A DNA stretch of 64,000 nt from Poseidonia sp. (GTDB lineage Archaea > Thermoplasmatota > Poseidoniia > Poseidoniales > Poseidoniaceae), in NCBI GenBank assembly GCA_038127845.1, contig JAYPIL010000002.1:2572-66571 (forward strand), given 5' to 3'. Under the pieces are notes generated by a model. The model ran no database searches. It saw nothing but the letters and a program-made list of their open reading frames with translations, and had not been told where the DNA came from. This document shows positions 38,933-48,800 of the stretch, piece by piece. Numbering within the stretch: the first letter of the stretch is position 1; the number at the start of each line of letters is the position of its first letter. Position numbers and translations under genes: made by a program.

Positions 38933-39703
38933 TCAAAACACACCGTTGTCGTTGCATTTTTTACATCCGGCACCTTGGCAATACGGGCAGGTCGCCATAA
39001 CCAACAACTTGCTTCTTCGTTTGCTCATGGCCAGGTTCTGATCGGCCTTCAAAAAGCGGGAACTTTCCGAACGGCCCAAATGCTTGTCGTCATGGGCTTC
39101 CTTGTGGAAAAACGAACGCCGGAAACTGCCTGCTTTTTCCCGGCGGCGTTCAAGTTTCTCCCTTGTTTGAACCACGGCTTCGGCCTCCCAGTATTTCGGT
39201 CCACGAATCATCAACGCCCCGAGAATTGCAAACAGAATCTGAATTACCCACGGCTGAACGGGAACGGGCGACAGGTCGGCCAACCCTTGTGAACTTGCAG
39301 ACGATGGCAACCATCCCAACCGATCGAAAACAGCAAGACCGCAAAGCACACTGCCCATAATGAAGCCAGCTTTCCGCAGCCGTTTCGCCCAGGCTTTGTT
39401 TTGTGGAAGTTCGAAACCGTACACAAACAGGAACAATCCTTCCATCAGCATGAGGACGTCTGCACCGGACCACTGCCCAACTTCACCCAGACAGTAGGAT
39501 GTCCCGCTGTCCCGTAATTCTTGTTCCACCAAAGACGGCGAGCACGACGGTTCAAACATCAGCATGGCATCAAGTTTGTAGCCGTCAGCACCGTCAATGA
39601 CCCTGGGTGCGACCTCGCCAAACTGGACATTCGCAATCACGAAAAGGAGCATGGCGGCGCCCACCAGCGTCATGATTTTCCGAACAGAGAGTCCAAGCAC
39701 CAT
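38933..39703 (-). CDS. Multi-pass membrane protein with a C-terminal CxxCxGxGCxxC zinc-ribbon
   Basis: 256 aa. About 4 TM segments, a basic cytoplasmic linker, and the terminal CPYCQGAGCKKCNDNG (DnaJ-type zinc-finger spacing). Confidence 0.5.
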   Translation of the reverse strand: MVLGLSVRKIMTLVGAAMLLFVIANVQFGEVAPRVIDGADGYKLDAMLMFEPSCSPSLVEQELRDSGTSYCLGEVGQWSGADVLMLMEGLFLFVYGFELPQNKAWAKRLRKAGFIMGSVLCGLAVFDRLGWLPSSASSQGLADLSPVPVQPWVIQILFAILGALMIRGPKYWEAEAVVQTREKLERRREKAGSFRRSFFHKEAHDDKHLGRSESSRFLKADQNLAMSKRRSKLLVMATCPYCQGAGCKKCNDNGVF

Positions 39704-39821
39704 GCGGGGTCCTCATCCTTTCGAGCCGCAAGGGATTGATAGTGCTTTTGAGCAACGCAGCGGGAACCTGCCCTCCACTATCGTCAAGAAGGGGTGATGT
39801 GAGGACAACACGGGAGCGGTT

Positions 39822-41459
39822 ATGGCCCATATCGTCATCATCGGAAGCGGCATTGCGGGCCTTTTCGCAGCGTCAAGGCTTGCGGATGCGGGACATGACG
39901 TTACCGTCGCCACCAAACAACGGACCAAAGACTCCTCCACCAACTGGGCGCAGGGGGGTATTGCTGCCATTCTTGACAAGACCAATGAAGAAGGGAAAGA
40001 GGCCCACGTTCAGGACACGCTTCTCTCGGGCGACGGTCAATGCGACGAAGCCGTGGTTCGAAGCGTCATCGAGGAGGCTGGAGAGCGAATACAGGATTTG
40101 ATTGCTCTCGGCGTGAACTTCCAGAAAAAAGACGACGGAACCTATGCCATGGCCCGTGAGGGCGGGCATTCTGCCAAACGAATCCTGCATGCCAAAGACG
40201 CCACCGGGCGTGAGATTGAACGCGCGCTCTCAACCTATGCAGAACAACATGCGCAGATTCTCCTGCGCCCGAACACCCTTGCCATCGACCTCATTCAACG
40301 GCATCATGGCGACCCTTCTCAGGGCGTTGCTGGCGTCTGGTGTTTGGATCAGCAAACGCAACAGGTCATCACCCTCGAAGCGGATGCGGTGATCCTCGCT
40401 ACGGGAGGGGTTGGACGCCTTTGGAAGCAAACCACCAACCCTGGTGTTGCGACAGGCGATGGTTTAGCCATGGCCTATAGAACGGGAGCATGCGTTGATA
40501 ATCTCGCCTTCATTCAATTTCATCCGACCTCACTTTCCACCAACGCGCAGCGCCCGTTTCTGATTTCAGAAGCCCTCCGTGGCGAGGGTGCGGTCCTCTT
40601 GGACGATGAGGGGATGGCCGCATGGCAACAAGCCTGTAAGCAGGTAAAGGGCACCGGGCAGGACGCCCCCCTACCTGACATCTATTCATTCACGCTCAAG
40701 CACACGCCAGCAGGGTCAATGGCCACACGCGATATCGTGGCCAGAGCCATTGACCAGCAACTGAAAACGACCGGGAGAGGTCACGTTCATTTGGTGACCA
40801 GTCATCTTCATCAAGCGACGCTCGAGGAGAAATTTCCAACGATCGCTCGCCGGCTCAAAGCCGAAGGGTTAACCCTCGGCGTCGACCCCATACCCGTGGT
40901 TCCCGCCGCTCATTACATGGTTGGCGGCATCCGTGTGGACCGTGTCGGACGTGCGTTCCAACAACAAAACAACGAACCGATGCCACACCTGTTCGCCATT
41001 GGAGAAGTCGCCTGCACCGGGATGCATGGGGCAAATCGGCTGGCATCAAACAGCCTTCTCGAGGCCGTCGTGTATGCACACCGTGTCGCACAGCACCTCA
41101 TCGATCAACCGCCCGAAACCTACACAGGAACCCACCCCTCGTGGCGAGCTGAAGGACTGCACTCTCTGCGCGAGCACGCCCCCATCGTTCATGATCGAAC
41201 CAGCCTTGTGGCGACCATGTCGCAAGAAGTGGGCATCGTGCGCTCAAACCAACGGCTTCGAAGAGCACAACGGAGATTGATGTTGCTCAACGAAGAAATT
41301 GACCGGATTTGGAAAGCATCCTTGCCCTCAAGAGCCATCATTGAACTTCGGAATTTGGCGTTAATTGGGCATTTGGTGGTCAGGAACGCGTTGGAACAAA
41401 CGGCGAATGCAGGCCTGCACTACAACGTTGATTTGGTCAAGGGCGACACGACCGAATAA
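39822..41459 (+). CDS. nadB: L-aspartate oxidase
   Basis: 545 aa. IVIIGSGIAGL (FAD dinucleotide fold), AQGGIAA, HPT.L, HYMVGGI and GANRLASNSLLE. Confidence 0.9.
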   Translation: MAHIVIIGSGIAGLFAASRLADAGHDVTVATKQRTKDSSTNWAQGGIAAILDKTNEEGKEAHVQDTLLSGDGQCDEAVVRSVIEEAGERIQDLIALGVNFQKKDDGTYAMAREGGHSAKRILHAKDATGREIERALSTYAEQHAQILLRPNTLAIDLIQRHHGDPSQGVAGVWCLDQQTQQVITLEADAVILATGGVGRLWKQTTNPGVATGDGLAMAYRTGACVDNLAFIQFHPTSLSTNAQRPFLISEALRGEGAVLLDDEGMAAWQQACKQVKGTGQDAPLPDIYSFTLKHTPAGSMATRDIVARAIDQQLKTTGRGHVHLVTSHLHQATLEEKFPTIARRLKAEGLTLGVDPIPVVPAAHYMVGGIRVDRVGRAFQQQNNEPMPHLFAIGEVACTGMHGANRLASNSLLEAVVYAHRVAQHLIDQPPETYTGTHPSWRAEGLHSLREHAPIVHDRTSLVATMSQEVGIVRSNQRLRRAQRRLMLLNEEIDRIWKASLPSRAIIELRNLALIGHLVVRNALEQTANAGLHYNVDLVKGDTTE

Positions 41460-42366
41460 GCGTGGCCAACAATTGGTTGACAGGCAACGACAGTCCGTGC
41501 TCCTCTCCCTTGTTGACCACCGCTTGGTTCAGCGCCTCAATCTCCGTCGAGCGTCCTTCTTTGATGTCTTGGAGCATGCTGCATTCGTTGTTCGCCGTGG
41601 CCTCCAAAACGACTCGCAAGCGTTGTTCAAATTCAACTTCGTTTGGAATCTCAATTCGTTCGAGTTGGGCGACCTTGGCCGCCTCTCTGTAAACCGTCAT
41701 GCATGAACTGAACAGTCCGGGTTCCAACAACTCACCGTTTCGCAAACCAGCCAGTGCTGCGATAGGGTTGATGCTCACGTTGAGAAGCACCTTCTCCCAG
41801 ACCATCGAGGCTGGGTCCGCTTCAGGTTGAGGAGACAACCCCGCGGCTGCCATGACCTTCAAAAGCGAGGAAAAGGCTTCATCAGAAGGACCCAGCGAAG
41901 TTTTTGCAAGACGCAAGTTGCCTTTTCCGGCCCAGACAACTTCGCCATTCGGTTGGGTAAAGGCACCGTGCGTCGTCGTGGAGGAAACCACCCGTTTTGT
42001 TCCAAGCACACCGTTCAGCGTTTCTGCATGGCCCAGGCCGTTGGAGACGGCGAAGGCAATTCCATCGGTTTTCAAAAAGAACGAAGCAGCCCTCGATAGC
42101 GAGGGAACATCATAGGATTTGCATGCGAGGATGACAATATCGGACTGGGCTTTGAATTCTGACGGCGTATCCAACTCTTCACACGTGAACAAAAAACGGT
42201 CTGCGGGAACGGGAGCCATGCTCTGCCCCGTCACGCTGAGGCCCTCAAGGATGGCTTGAGCTCCCCGTTCACCCCGAACATGCAGATGGACCTCATGCGG
42301 CGTTGAGGCCATGCACGAAGCAAACACTCGGCCGAGCGAACCGACGCCGAGAACGGTGATCCTCAT
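41437..42366 (-). CDS. panE: 2-dehydropantoate 2-reductase (ketopantoate reductase family)
   Basis: 309 aa. MRITVLGVGSLGRVFA (Rossmann fold), ILACKSYD, NGLGH, and a C-terminal MLQDIKEGRSTEIEALN typical of the ApbA/PanE C-domain. GAGGTGGAG ribosome-binding site. Confidence 0.8.
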   Translation of the reverse strand: MRITVLGVGSLGRVFASCMASTPHEVHLHVRGERGAQAILEGLSVTGQSMAPVPADRFLFTCEELDTPSEFKAQSDIVILACKSYDVPSLSRAASFFLKTDGIAFAVSNGLGHAETLNGVLGTKRVVSSTTTHGAFTQPNGEVVWAGKGNLRLAKTSLGPSDEAFSSLLKVMAAAGLSPQPEADPASMVWEKVLLNVSINPIAALAGLRNGELLEPGLFSSCMTVYREAAKVAQLERIEIPNEVEFEQRLRVVLEATANNECSMLQDIKEGRSTEIEALNQAVVNKGEEHGLSLPVNQLLATLIRSCRP

Positions 42367-42375
42367 GACTCCACC

Positions 42376-44940
42376 TCACTGGTAACTCGCAAGATGGAGC
42401 ACAACCGTTCCGGCCTCCAAGCTCAACCACATGGTCGCCAGCGGTGATTCGGGAGGGATGAGAGAAAACGAAGTGGCGCCCGAAGGTAAGTCGGTGCCGT
42501 TCCAATTGTGCTGCCATTCGTCACCAAAACTCCCTTCTCTGGTCAGCCGGAAGGGCACAGGTTCATCGCTCGGATTGGTGATGGTGAAGGTCGCCATTTC
42601 GGTGTTCAACAGCGTCCCGTTTGATGCAATCGCCCAAGGTGTGGACCAGAACCGGGTGCTGGTCCCCATCCAGGAAATCAGCAATTCAGGCCCTTCCTCA
42701 ACAGCGAAGGCAACACGAGGGTACGGAGAAAAGAGATCGTCGCAAAGTGAAACGTTGGTGCCATCAACCATGAGAAGCGTGAGGTTCTGTTCAGCCTCTA
42801 CCAGCGGGAGATAGCCCGAGGAACGAACGGTTGTGTCCCAAACCCACGCTCCACCGTCCATCGGTCGCGGGGGTGTGCTCAGGCTTGCGTTCAACGGACA
42901 TTGGTCTTCGTTGGCGAGAAGGATTCCTCCCTCTGCAAGCAACGCCCCCCATCCGAAGTCGGGATCCGAGGTGATGGTCCACCCGCTTACAGGAACATAC
43001 GCTGTGACCGGCCTGCGTTCGGGAAGAAGTGGGGTAAAGGTGTCGTTGTTGAGATGAAGCGTGGCCATGGATGGTTGGAAGACCAACGGGTCGAGTCCTG
43101 AAAGGCAGACTCGGTCGGGAACATCGGTGTAGTTAGCCTTGAGTTCCTGAGAGCCGTCCATCAGCACAAGCGGGGTCTGGACGTGTTCGAGGCCCGTTGC
43201 ATCGATTTCAATGGAAAGCCACGAGGAATTGACCAGTGCTCCTTGCAAGTCAACGCAACGAAGAACGGTTGAGCCGTCAAGGTCGTCGTACCAGCGCTGA
43301 GAGGGAACCACTTCGAGGGCGGGGCGAACGCTGAACGGAACCGTTTCGTAGCCGTCGTTGATTTCCAGCATGTAGGTGCCCGTTGCCATGGTCGGCTGCA
43401 CGGTGCCGTCCCATGTGAGGTTCAGCCAGAAAAACGCCGTTCGCTGGGGCAACAGGTCAGCACCGCATCCCTCTCCGTTGAACGTACGTGTGTCCTCACC
43501 ATCACAGTCCCATTCCACGTTCCAATCGTGCTCATCGTATGCAAACGAAGCGTGAATGGCATAGGGTTGACGCAAGGAAGATGGATTGGTGATTTTGACC
43601 ATCGTTCTCGAAAGCCAAGAACCGTCTTCCTGGAGAACGGCCACCTCAGGTGCTTGCAACTCAAAGGTGAGGTCAGCATTCCAATCATCGTCGTGAACAA
43701 CCGGTTGGGATGCAGGCAACATCAACACGAAGACAACCAACAGCAACATGCCCATGCGGCGGTGGTCCTCCTCGCGCAGGCCCGTGGTTTCGTTGAGAAT
43801 CAACGGTATACGGAGATCGTTTCCAAAGAAAAACAACAACGGCAACAACAAGGCGAACACGAGGAACCACAGTGAGAACGCTTCGAACACGCCGAAGACA
43901 TAGGCACAGAACAGCACGATAACGAAGATCAAACTCTGTGTGCTTGAGCTTCTCGCTTCCAACATTCCCATTCGAGCAATCAACAAACGACCACCGGGGA
44001 ACGTTGGTATGGGAAGAATCGAGATCCAAGCGAAGAGCATCAACATGCCCCCAGCGTGAACCCACGGGTGCGCCCAAATCAAGCGGACCCACGCATCCTC
44101 ACCAACCAGTTCAAGGGCAAGTAAACTGAGGAACACGGGCGGCTCGGTGAACAACGGCATCACCGTAGAGGCCAGATATTCAGGGGTCATCCTCAATCCC
44201 GACAAAAAGAGGACGGCTCCAAAGATGCTCAGCACCACGGGGACGGCCAAAGCCGTGAATCCCAAAGATGCACGGTCAGGCCAAGGGCGAGCGTCCATCC
44301 TCGGGAGTGTTGGCAGTAAGAGAAGGCCAAAAGGCCAAAACAACCAGTTTGAGGGGAACAAACCAATGGCGTAGAGGGCGATGGTAAAATCCGGCACCGG
44401 AAGAATATGGCCGCATCGCACACCGTATCGTGCGGCGAGACGCTGTTGAACGAAGGAGGCGACGATGAGAACGCCGAGAATGGGGAGGGTGTAGCCCAGC
44501 AGGGCATCGAGCAGCGAGGACGTGTGGAGCCATCCTTCCGTGGGCCGGCTCGACGTCATCCAAAAATGACCGGCGAGGGTCAACGTTAATGCCGAAAGCC
44601 CCCAGAAGATCAGCAAGGTGTTGAAACGAGGAAATTGGCGCTCGGGTGTCGGGAAAACGGTGATGACCCAACCTTCGTTTCTGGTGAGTTTTGCCATCCA
44701 GCCAAGCCGATCCAAGTGCCTGTTGAGTTCTTTCAGGTCATCGTGAACATCGTCTGACTTCGGGCTGATGGACCATGCTGGCCATCGGCCTCCGTTTTCT
44801 CCGTGAACCTCCACGTATTGCGCAAGCGCTGAAGCCAACAAATCATGTTGCGACCAAGCATGACGGTGGTGAGGAAGGGGAGTTTGGTCAAGTGATTCGT
44901 CGCTCACGCACGTTCCCCCTACCGTGTTGGTACGACCCAT
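42376..44940 (-). CDS. Site-2-protease (M50)-like polytopic membrane protein lacking both catalytic motifs, fused to a C-terminal extracellular domain of about 450 aa
   Basis: 854 aa. LIVASFVQQRLAARYGVRCGHILPVP aligns to the M50 hhhHExxHxxxArxxGv block, with SFVQQ (44443-44457) replacing HExxH. ISILPIPTFPGGRLL (43990-44022) aligns to NLLPxxPLDGG with both N and D replaced. The C-terminal half is non-membrane, Trp/Asn/Thr-rich and has several N-x-S/T sites. Confidence 0.55.
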   Translation of the reverse strand: MGRTNTVGGTCVSDESLDQTPLPHHRHAWSQHDLLASALAQYVEVHGENGGRWPAWSISPKSDDVHDDLKELNRHLDRLGWMAKLTRNEGWVITVFPTPERQFPRFNTLLIFWGLSALTLTLAGHFWMTSSRPTEGWLHTSSLLDALLGYTLPILGVLIVASFVQQRLAARYGVRCGHILPVPDFTIALYAIGLFPSNWLFWPFGLLLLPTLPRMDARPWPDRASLGFTALAVPVVLSIFGAVLFLSGLRMTPEYLASTVMPLFTEPPVFLSLLALELVGEDAWVRLIWAHPWVHAGGMLMLFAWISILPIPTFPGGRLLIARMGMLEARSSSTQSLIFVIVLFCAYVFGVFEAFSLWFLVFALLLPLLFFFGNDLRIPLILNETTGLREEDHRRMGMLLLVVFVLMLPASQPVVHDDDWNADLTFELQAPEVAVLQEDGSWLSRTMVKITNPSSLRQPYAIHASFAYDEHDWNVEWDCDGEDTRTFNGEGCGADLLPQRTAFFWLNLTWDGTVQPTMATGTYMLEINDGYETVPFSVRPALEVVPSQRWYDDLDGSTVLRCVDLQGALVNSSWLSIEIDATGLEHVQTPLVLMDGSQELKANYTDVPDRVCLSGLDPLVFQPSMATLHLNNDTFTPLLPERRPVTAYVPVSGWTITSDPDFGWGALLAEGGILLANEDQCPLNASLSTPPRPMDGGAWVWDTTVRSSGYLPLVEAEQNLTLLMVDGTNVSLCDDLFSPYPRVAFAVEEGPELLISWMGTSTRFWSTPWAIASNGTLLNTEMATFTITNPSDEPVPFRLTREGSFGDEWQHNWNGTDLPSGATSFSLIPPESPLATMWLSLEAGTVVLHLASYQ

Positions 44941-44980
44941 CCTCCATGAATCCCTCGTTGCAGAGGTTCAACGAGCAACT

Positions 44981-45598
44981 TCACTTGTTCTTGAAGCGCT
45001 TCAGGCGGAAGGTCTCTTCTCGCTCCATTTCTTCCAAACGCAATTGGATGAAGACCTTGGCTTCTTCAAGTTCGGGAATGACCTTGAACTCGAGTGCGTT
45101 CACACGGCGTTTGGTGGCTTCAATTTCCGCCAACAATCGCTTGAGGGTGGCTTCCATTTCCGACGCCTTGACGATTTTCTCAATCAATTCGCTGAACGAA
45201 TCGCTGGCTTCGTCAATGTACGGTGATGAGCCGATGAATCCAATACCCCGCTCAGCAAAGGTGGATTTGAGATTGCTTCCACTGACGCTGGGAACGACGA
45301 CACCCATGATGTTGCGTCGCTCAACTTCGACTTCGGGATGGGCTGAGTTGGCGATGGCTGCTGCGCGAACAGCAAGACCACCTTCAATGGCGTTGGCCAA
45401 ATCGATGCGGGTTTTCGCCAAACGATAGGCTTCGGTCAAATCCCGCTTTGCCTCAATCATTTCTGAAAGAAGGGTTCGAAATTCGTGAAACAAACCGTCC
45501 CGCTTCATCTTCAGCAACTTGTACCCGTTCTTGGTCTGCTTGATACGACCCTTCAACTTGATGAGTTCGCTTCGGGTTGGTTTGATGTCCAATGCCAT
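44981..45598 (-). CDS. atpD: A-type ATP synthase subunit D
   Basis: 205 aa. MALDIKPTRSELIKLKGRIK...RRVNALE is the typical AtpD/NtpD coiled-coil central stalk. Last gene of the operon. Confidence 0.9.
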   Translation of the reverse strand: MALDIKPTRSELIKLKGRIKQTKNGYKLLKMKRDGLFHEFRTLLSEMIEAKRDLTEAYRLAKTRIDLANAIEGGLAVRAAAIANSAHPEVEVERRNIMGVVVPSVSGSNLKSTFAERGIGFIGSSPYIDEASDSFSELIEKIVKASEMEATLKRLLAEIEATKRRVNALEFKVIPELEEAKVFIQLRLEEMEREETFRLKRFKNK

Positions 45599-45637
45599 GC
45601 TTTCTCACCTCCTTGGTCGTCGTATTTCGCTTCCACA

Positions 45638-47023
45638 TCATGCTTGGTTGTCTGGGTGGTACTTTGCGATGAGCTCCTCATCCAATCGAACGAGGTACTT
45701 CGTGTCAATGCTCGCCATCAATTGCCAGCAGAGATTGAGCGTTTCGTCAATGGTTCGGTCTTCGTCCCGAGATTGGCGAAGGAACTTGTCCTCAAACACA
45801 CCCGAGAAGTCCAGGAGTTGCTTGTCACGTTCGTTCAATGCGTCTTCACCGACGATGGCCACCAAACCGCGCAATTCACGGCCTTGTGCATAGGCAGCGT
45901 ACATCTGGTCACTGACCTTCTTGTGGTCGTCACGGGTGGTTTTCTCACCGATACACGAACCCATGAGCCGAGAGAGCGATGGCAACACGTTGATCGGCGG
46001 ATAGATGCCTTGTTGGTGCAACTCACGGCTGATCACGATTTGACCTTCCGTAATGTAACCGGACAAATCCGGAATCGGGTGAGTGATATCGTCACCGGGC
46101 ATGGTCAAAATCGGGAACTGTGTGATGGACCCTTTCTTGCCCTTCACGATACCTGCACGCTCGTAGAGCATGGCCAAGTCGGTGTACATGTAACCGGGGT
46201 AACCACGACGACCAGGCACTTCTTCACGAGCAGCACCGATCTGACGGAGTGCGTCACAATAGTTGGTCATGTCCGTGTAGATGACGAGCACGTGGTAATC
46301 TTTCTCGAAGGCAAGGTACTCGGCAGCCGTCAGGGCGAGACGTGGGGTGATGATTCGCTCAACGGCTGGGTCGTCGGCAAGGTTGACGAACAACACAGCG
46401 TTTTCGAGCGCACCGGTTCGCTCCAAGTCAGAACGGAAGAAGTTGTACTCTTCAGCGGTGATACCCATGGCGCAGAACACCACAATAAACTCCTCATCGG
46501 AGTCCTTGAGTTTGGCCTGGCGAGCGATTTGCAATGCGATATCGTTGTGTGGCAAACCCGATGCTGAGAAAATGGGCAACTTTTGTCCACGAACAAGGGT
46601 GGTACAGCAGTCAATGGCCGAAATTCCCGTCTGAATGAAGTCGTGGGGAGATTGTCGGCTGTACGGGTTGATGGCCGCACCGATGATGTCAGCCTTTTCA
46701 TCAGCGACGATTTCCGGACCACCGTCACGTGGGCGTCCTGCACCGTCGAGAATACGTCCGACAAGGTCGGTGCTCACGGGCAGCTTGAACACATCGCCCA
46801 TGAAGGTCACACCGGTTTCTCGGTTGATTTTGGCCGTTCCTTCAAACACCTGGACAATGACGAGATCTTCGGAGGTGTCGAGGACTTGCCCGTTTTTGAT
46901 GTCCCCGTTCGCCAAGCGAAGGGTCACGATTTCACCAAATGCAACAGGCTCTGTTTTGTTCAAAAAGACCAGTGGGCCTTTGACGTCGGTAATGGTTCGG
47001 TATTCTTTTCCTGTCATCTTCAT
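45638..47023 (-). CDS. atpB: A-type ATP synthase subunit B
   Basis: [36 protein letters not shown] and [32 protein letters not shown]. The start was trimmed to ATG 47023, directly after GGAGAGG and 7 nt from the atpA stop. Confidence 0.95.
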   Translation of the reverse strand: MKMTGKEYRTITDVKGPLVFLNKTEPVAFGEIVTLRLANGDIKNGQVLDTSEDLVIVQVFEGTAKINRETGVTFMGDVFKLPVSTDLVGRILDGAGRPRDGGPEIVADEKADIIGAAINPYSRQSPHDFIQTGISAIDCCTTLVRGQKLPIFSASGLPHNDIALQIARQAKLKDSDEEFIVVFCAMGITAEEYNFFRSDLERTGALENAVLFVNLADDPAVERIITPRLALTAAEYLAFEKDYHVLVIYTDMTNYCDALRQIGAAREEVPGRRGYPGYMYTDLAMLYERAGIVKGKKGSITQFPILTMPGDDITHPIPDLSGYITEGQIVISRELHQQGIYPPINVLPSLSRLMGSCIGEKTTRDDHKKVSDQMYAAYAQGRELRGLVAIVGEDALNERDKQLLDFSGVFEDKFLRQSRDEDRTIDETLNLCWQLMASIDTKYLVRLDEELIAKYHPDNQA

Positions 47024-47030
47024 CCTCTCC

Positions 47031-48770
47031 TCAGTTGGCCTCCACAGCGTTGCCAATTTGTTCGTTCATCTCCTTGACCATGGCTTCAATGCGGTCGATG
47101 TAACCTTCTTCGAAGCGAGCGCGCATCAAGTTGGAGCGAGCGGGAACGTTGACCACATCGTTGAGCAATGCACCGTCGGCCATAGCCGCCTTGGCAGCGT
47201 CTTGGAACGAAAGGATGGCTTTGGCCATCTCGTATTGCAACTTGATGTCACAGTAAGCGTCCACGGGGTCAAAGCCGTTCTGTTGAAGGAAGAACTCACG
47301 AATCATACGAGCGACTTCTAGCGTCAATTGCTGGTCCACCGGCAGAGCGTCGGAACCGACGAGCTGTACAATCTCTTGCAGTTCGGCTTCAACCTGAAGC
47401 AATCCGCTGATTTGGGTTCGAATTTCGGGGAAGTCCTGAGCGATGTTGTCGCGGAACCATTGGTCCAAACTCTGTGGGTAGAGCGAATAGGAATTCAACC
47501 AGTTGATGGCAGGGAAGTGACGTTGTCGTGCCAAACCTGCGTCAAGACCCCAAAACACCTTCACGATTCGGAGGGTCCCTTGGGACACTGGTTCGGAGAT
47601 GTCACCACCGGGCGGCGACACAGCACCGATAACCGTGACCGAGCCGTCGTCGCCATTGAGCGTCTCAACACGGCCGGCTCGTTCGTAAAATTCTGCGATA
47701 CGAGAGGAAAGGTACGCAGGGTAACCCTCCTCACCGGGCATTTCTTCCAAACGGGATGAAATTTCACGCATGGCCTCAGCCCAACGAGAGGTCGAGTCAG
47801 CCATGAGGGCAACGTCGTACCCCATGTCGCGGAAGTACTCTGCAATGGTGATCCCTGTGTACACCGAAGCCTCACGAGCAGCCACAGGCATGTTGGAGGT
47901 GTTGGCGATCATGACCGTACGGTTCATGAGCGGCTTTCCGGTGTTCGGGTCGATCAAGTGAGGGAACTCGTCCAACACTTCGGTCATCTCGTTTCCACGC
48001 TCACCGCATCCGATGTAAACCACGAGCTGGGCGTCGGAATACTTGGCAAGGGATTGCTGTGTCACCGTTTTTCCTGAACCGAACGGTCCAGGAATACCAG
48101 CCGCACCGCCCTTGGCAAGCGGGAACAGGAAGTCAAGAATGCGCATTCCTGTCACGAGAGGCGTGTCGGGTGCGTACTTCTGCGTGTAGGGGCGGGGGGT
48201 ACGAACAGGCCACTTCTGCATCATGGCGAGTTCGGTGCCATCGTCGAGAACACACACGGTTTGTGTGACGTTGAAGTCACCGGATTCAATGGACTTCACC
48301 TTACCACCTTTGCCGGGTGGAACCATGATCTTGTGAATGATGGTCTCGGTTTCTTGGACGTGACCAATCACTTGACCGCTCACGACATCGTCGCCCTTCG
48401 CAACCTGAGGCTCAAAGGTCCAGACCTTTTCCATGTCAAAGGCATCTGCGTCAACACCACGGGTGATGAACACACCCATCACTTCCTCGAGCGTTGCAAG
48501 AGGGCGCTGAATTCCGTCGTAAATCTGGGTCAGGAGGCCGGGGCCCAATGCGACGGACAGCGTTTCTTCGGTGTTCAGCACAGGTTCGCCAGGACGAATA
48601 CCCGAGGTGTCTTCGTACACCTGAATAACGGCCTTGTCGCCGTGCAGTTCAATCACTTCGCCCATCAGACCTTCATGGCCAACGCGTACCACGTCATACA
48701 TCGCAGCGTTCATCCCAGTGGCGGTCACGACAGGTCCCGAAATTCGGTAGATTACTCCTTCATTGCTCAT
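47031..48770 (-). CDS. atpA: A-type ATP synthase catalytic subunit A
   Basis: 579 aa. [12 protein letters not shown]-loop [35 protein letters not shown]. The length is normal (no intein). Confidence 0.96.
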   Translation of the reverse strand: MSNEGVIYRISGPVVTATGMNAAMYDVVRVGHEGLMGEVIELHGDKAVIQVYEDTSGIRPGEPVLNTEETLSVALGPGLLTQIYDGIQRPLATLEEVMGVFITRGVDADAFDMEKVWTFEPQVAKGDDVVSGQVIGHVQETETIIHKIMVPPGKGGKVKSIESGDFNVTQTVCVLDDGTELAMMQKWPVRTPRPYTQKYAPDTPLVTGMRILDFLFPLAKGGAAGIPGPFGSGKTVTQQSLAKYSDAQLVVYIGCGERGNEMTEVLDEFPHLIDPNTGKPLMNRTVMIANTSNMPVAAREASVYTGITIAEYFRDMGYDVALMADSTSRWAEAMREISSRLEEMPGEEGYPAYLSSRIAEFYERAGRVETLNGDDGSVTVIGAVSPPGGDISEPVSQGTLRIVKVFWGLDAGLARQRHFPAINWLNSYSLYPQSLDQWFRDNIAQDFPEIRTQISGLLQVEAELQEIVQLVGSDALPVDQQLTLEVARMIREFFLQQNGFDPVDAYCDIKLQYEMAKAILSFQDAAKAAMADGALLNDVVNVPARSNLMRARFEEGYIDRIEAMVKEMNEQIGNAVEAN

Positions 48771-48800
48771 TTTTTCTTCCTCCTTGTTTTGGTTGGAACT

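Noticed and set aside
45485-46567. Long antisense ORFs opposite atpB (360 aa), the surface protein (59622-60581), hmgA (32024-32872), tmk (12728-13492), the ACAD gene (21452-22126) and others
   Set aside because: In each case the opposite strand encodes a protein with clear family motifs. The antisense products have biased composition and no motifs, so I treat them as shadow ORFs.
47031-48770. Inteins or other insertions in atpA, gyrB, gyrA, smc and cdc6
   Set aside because: The lengths are those of intein-free homologues (atpA 579 aa, gyrB 649 aa), and the conserved blocks are contiguous. No C-x...HN splice-junction pattern was seen.
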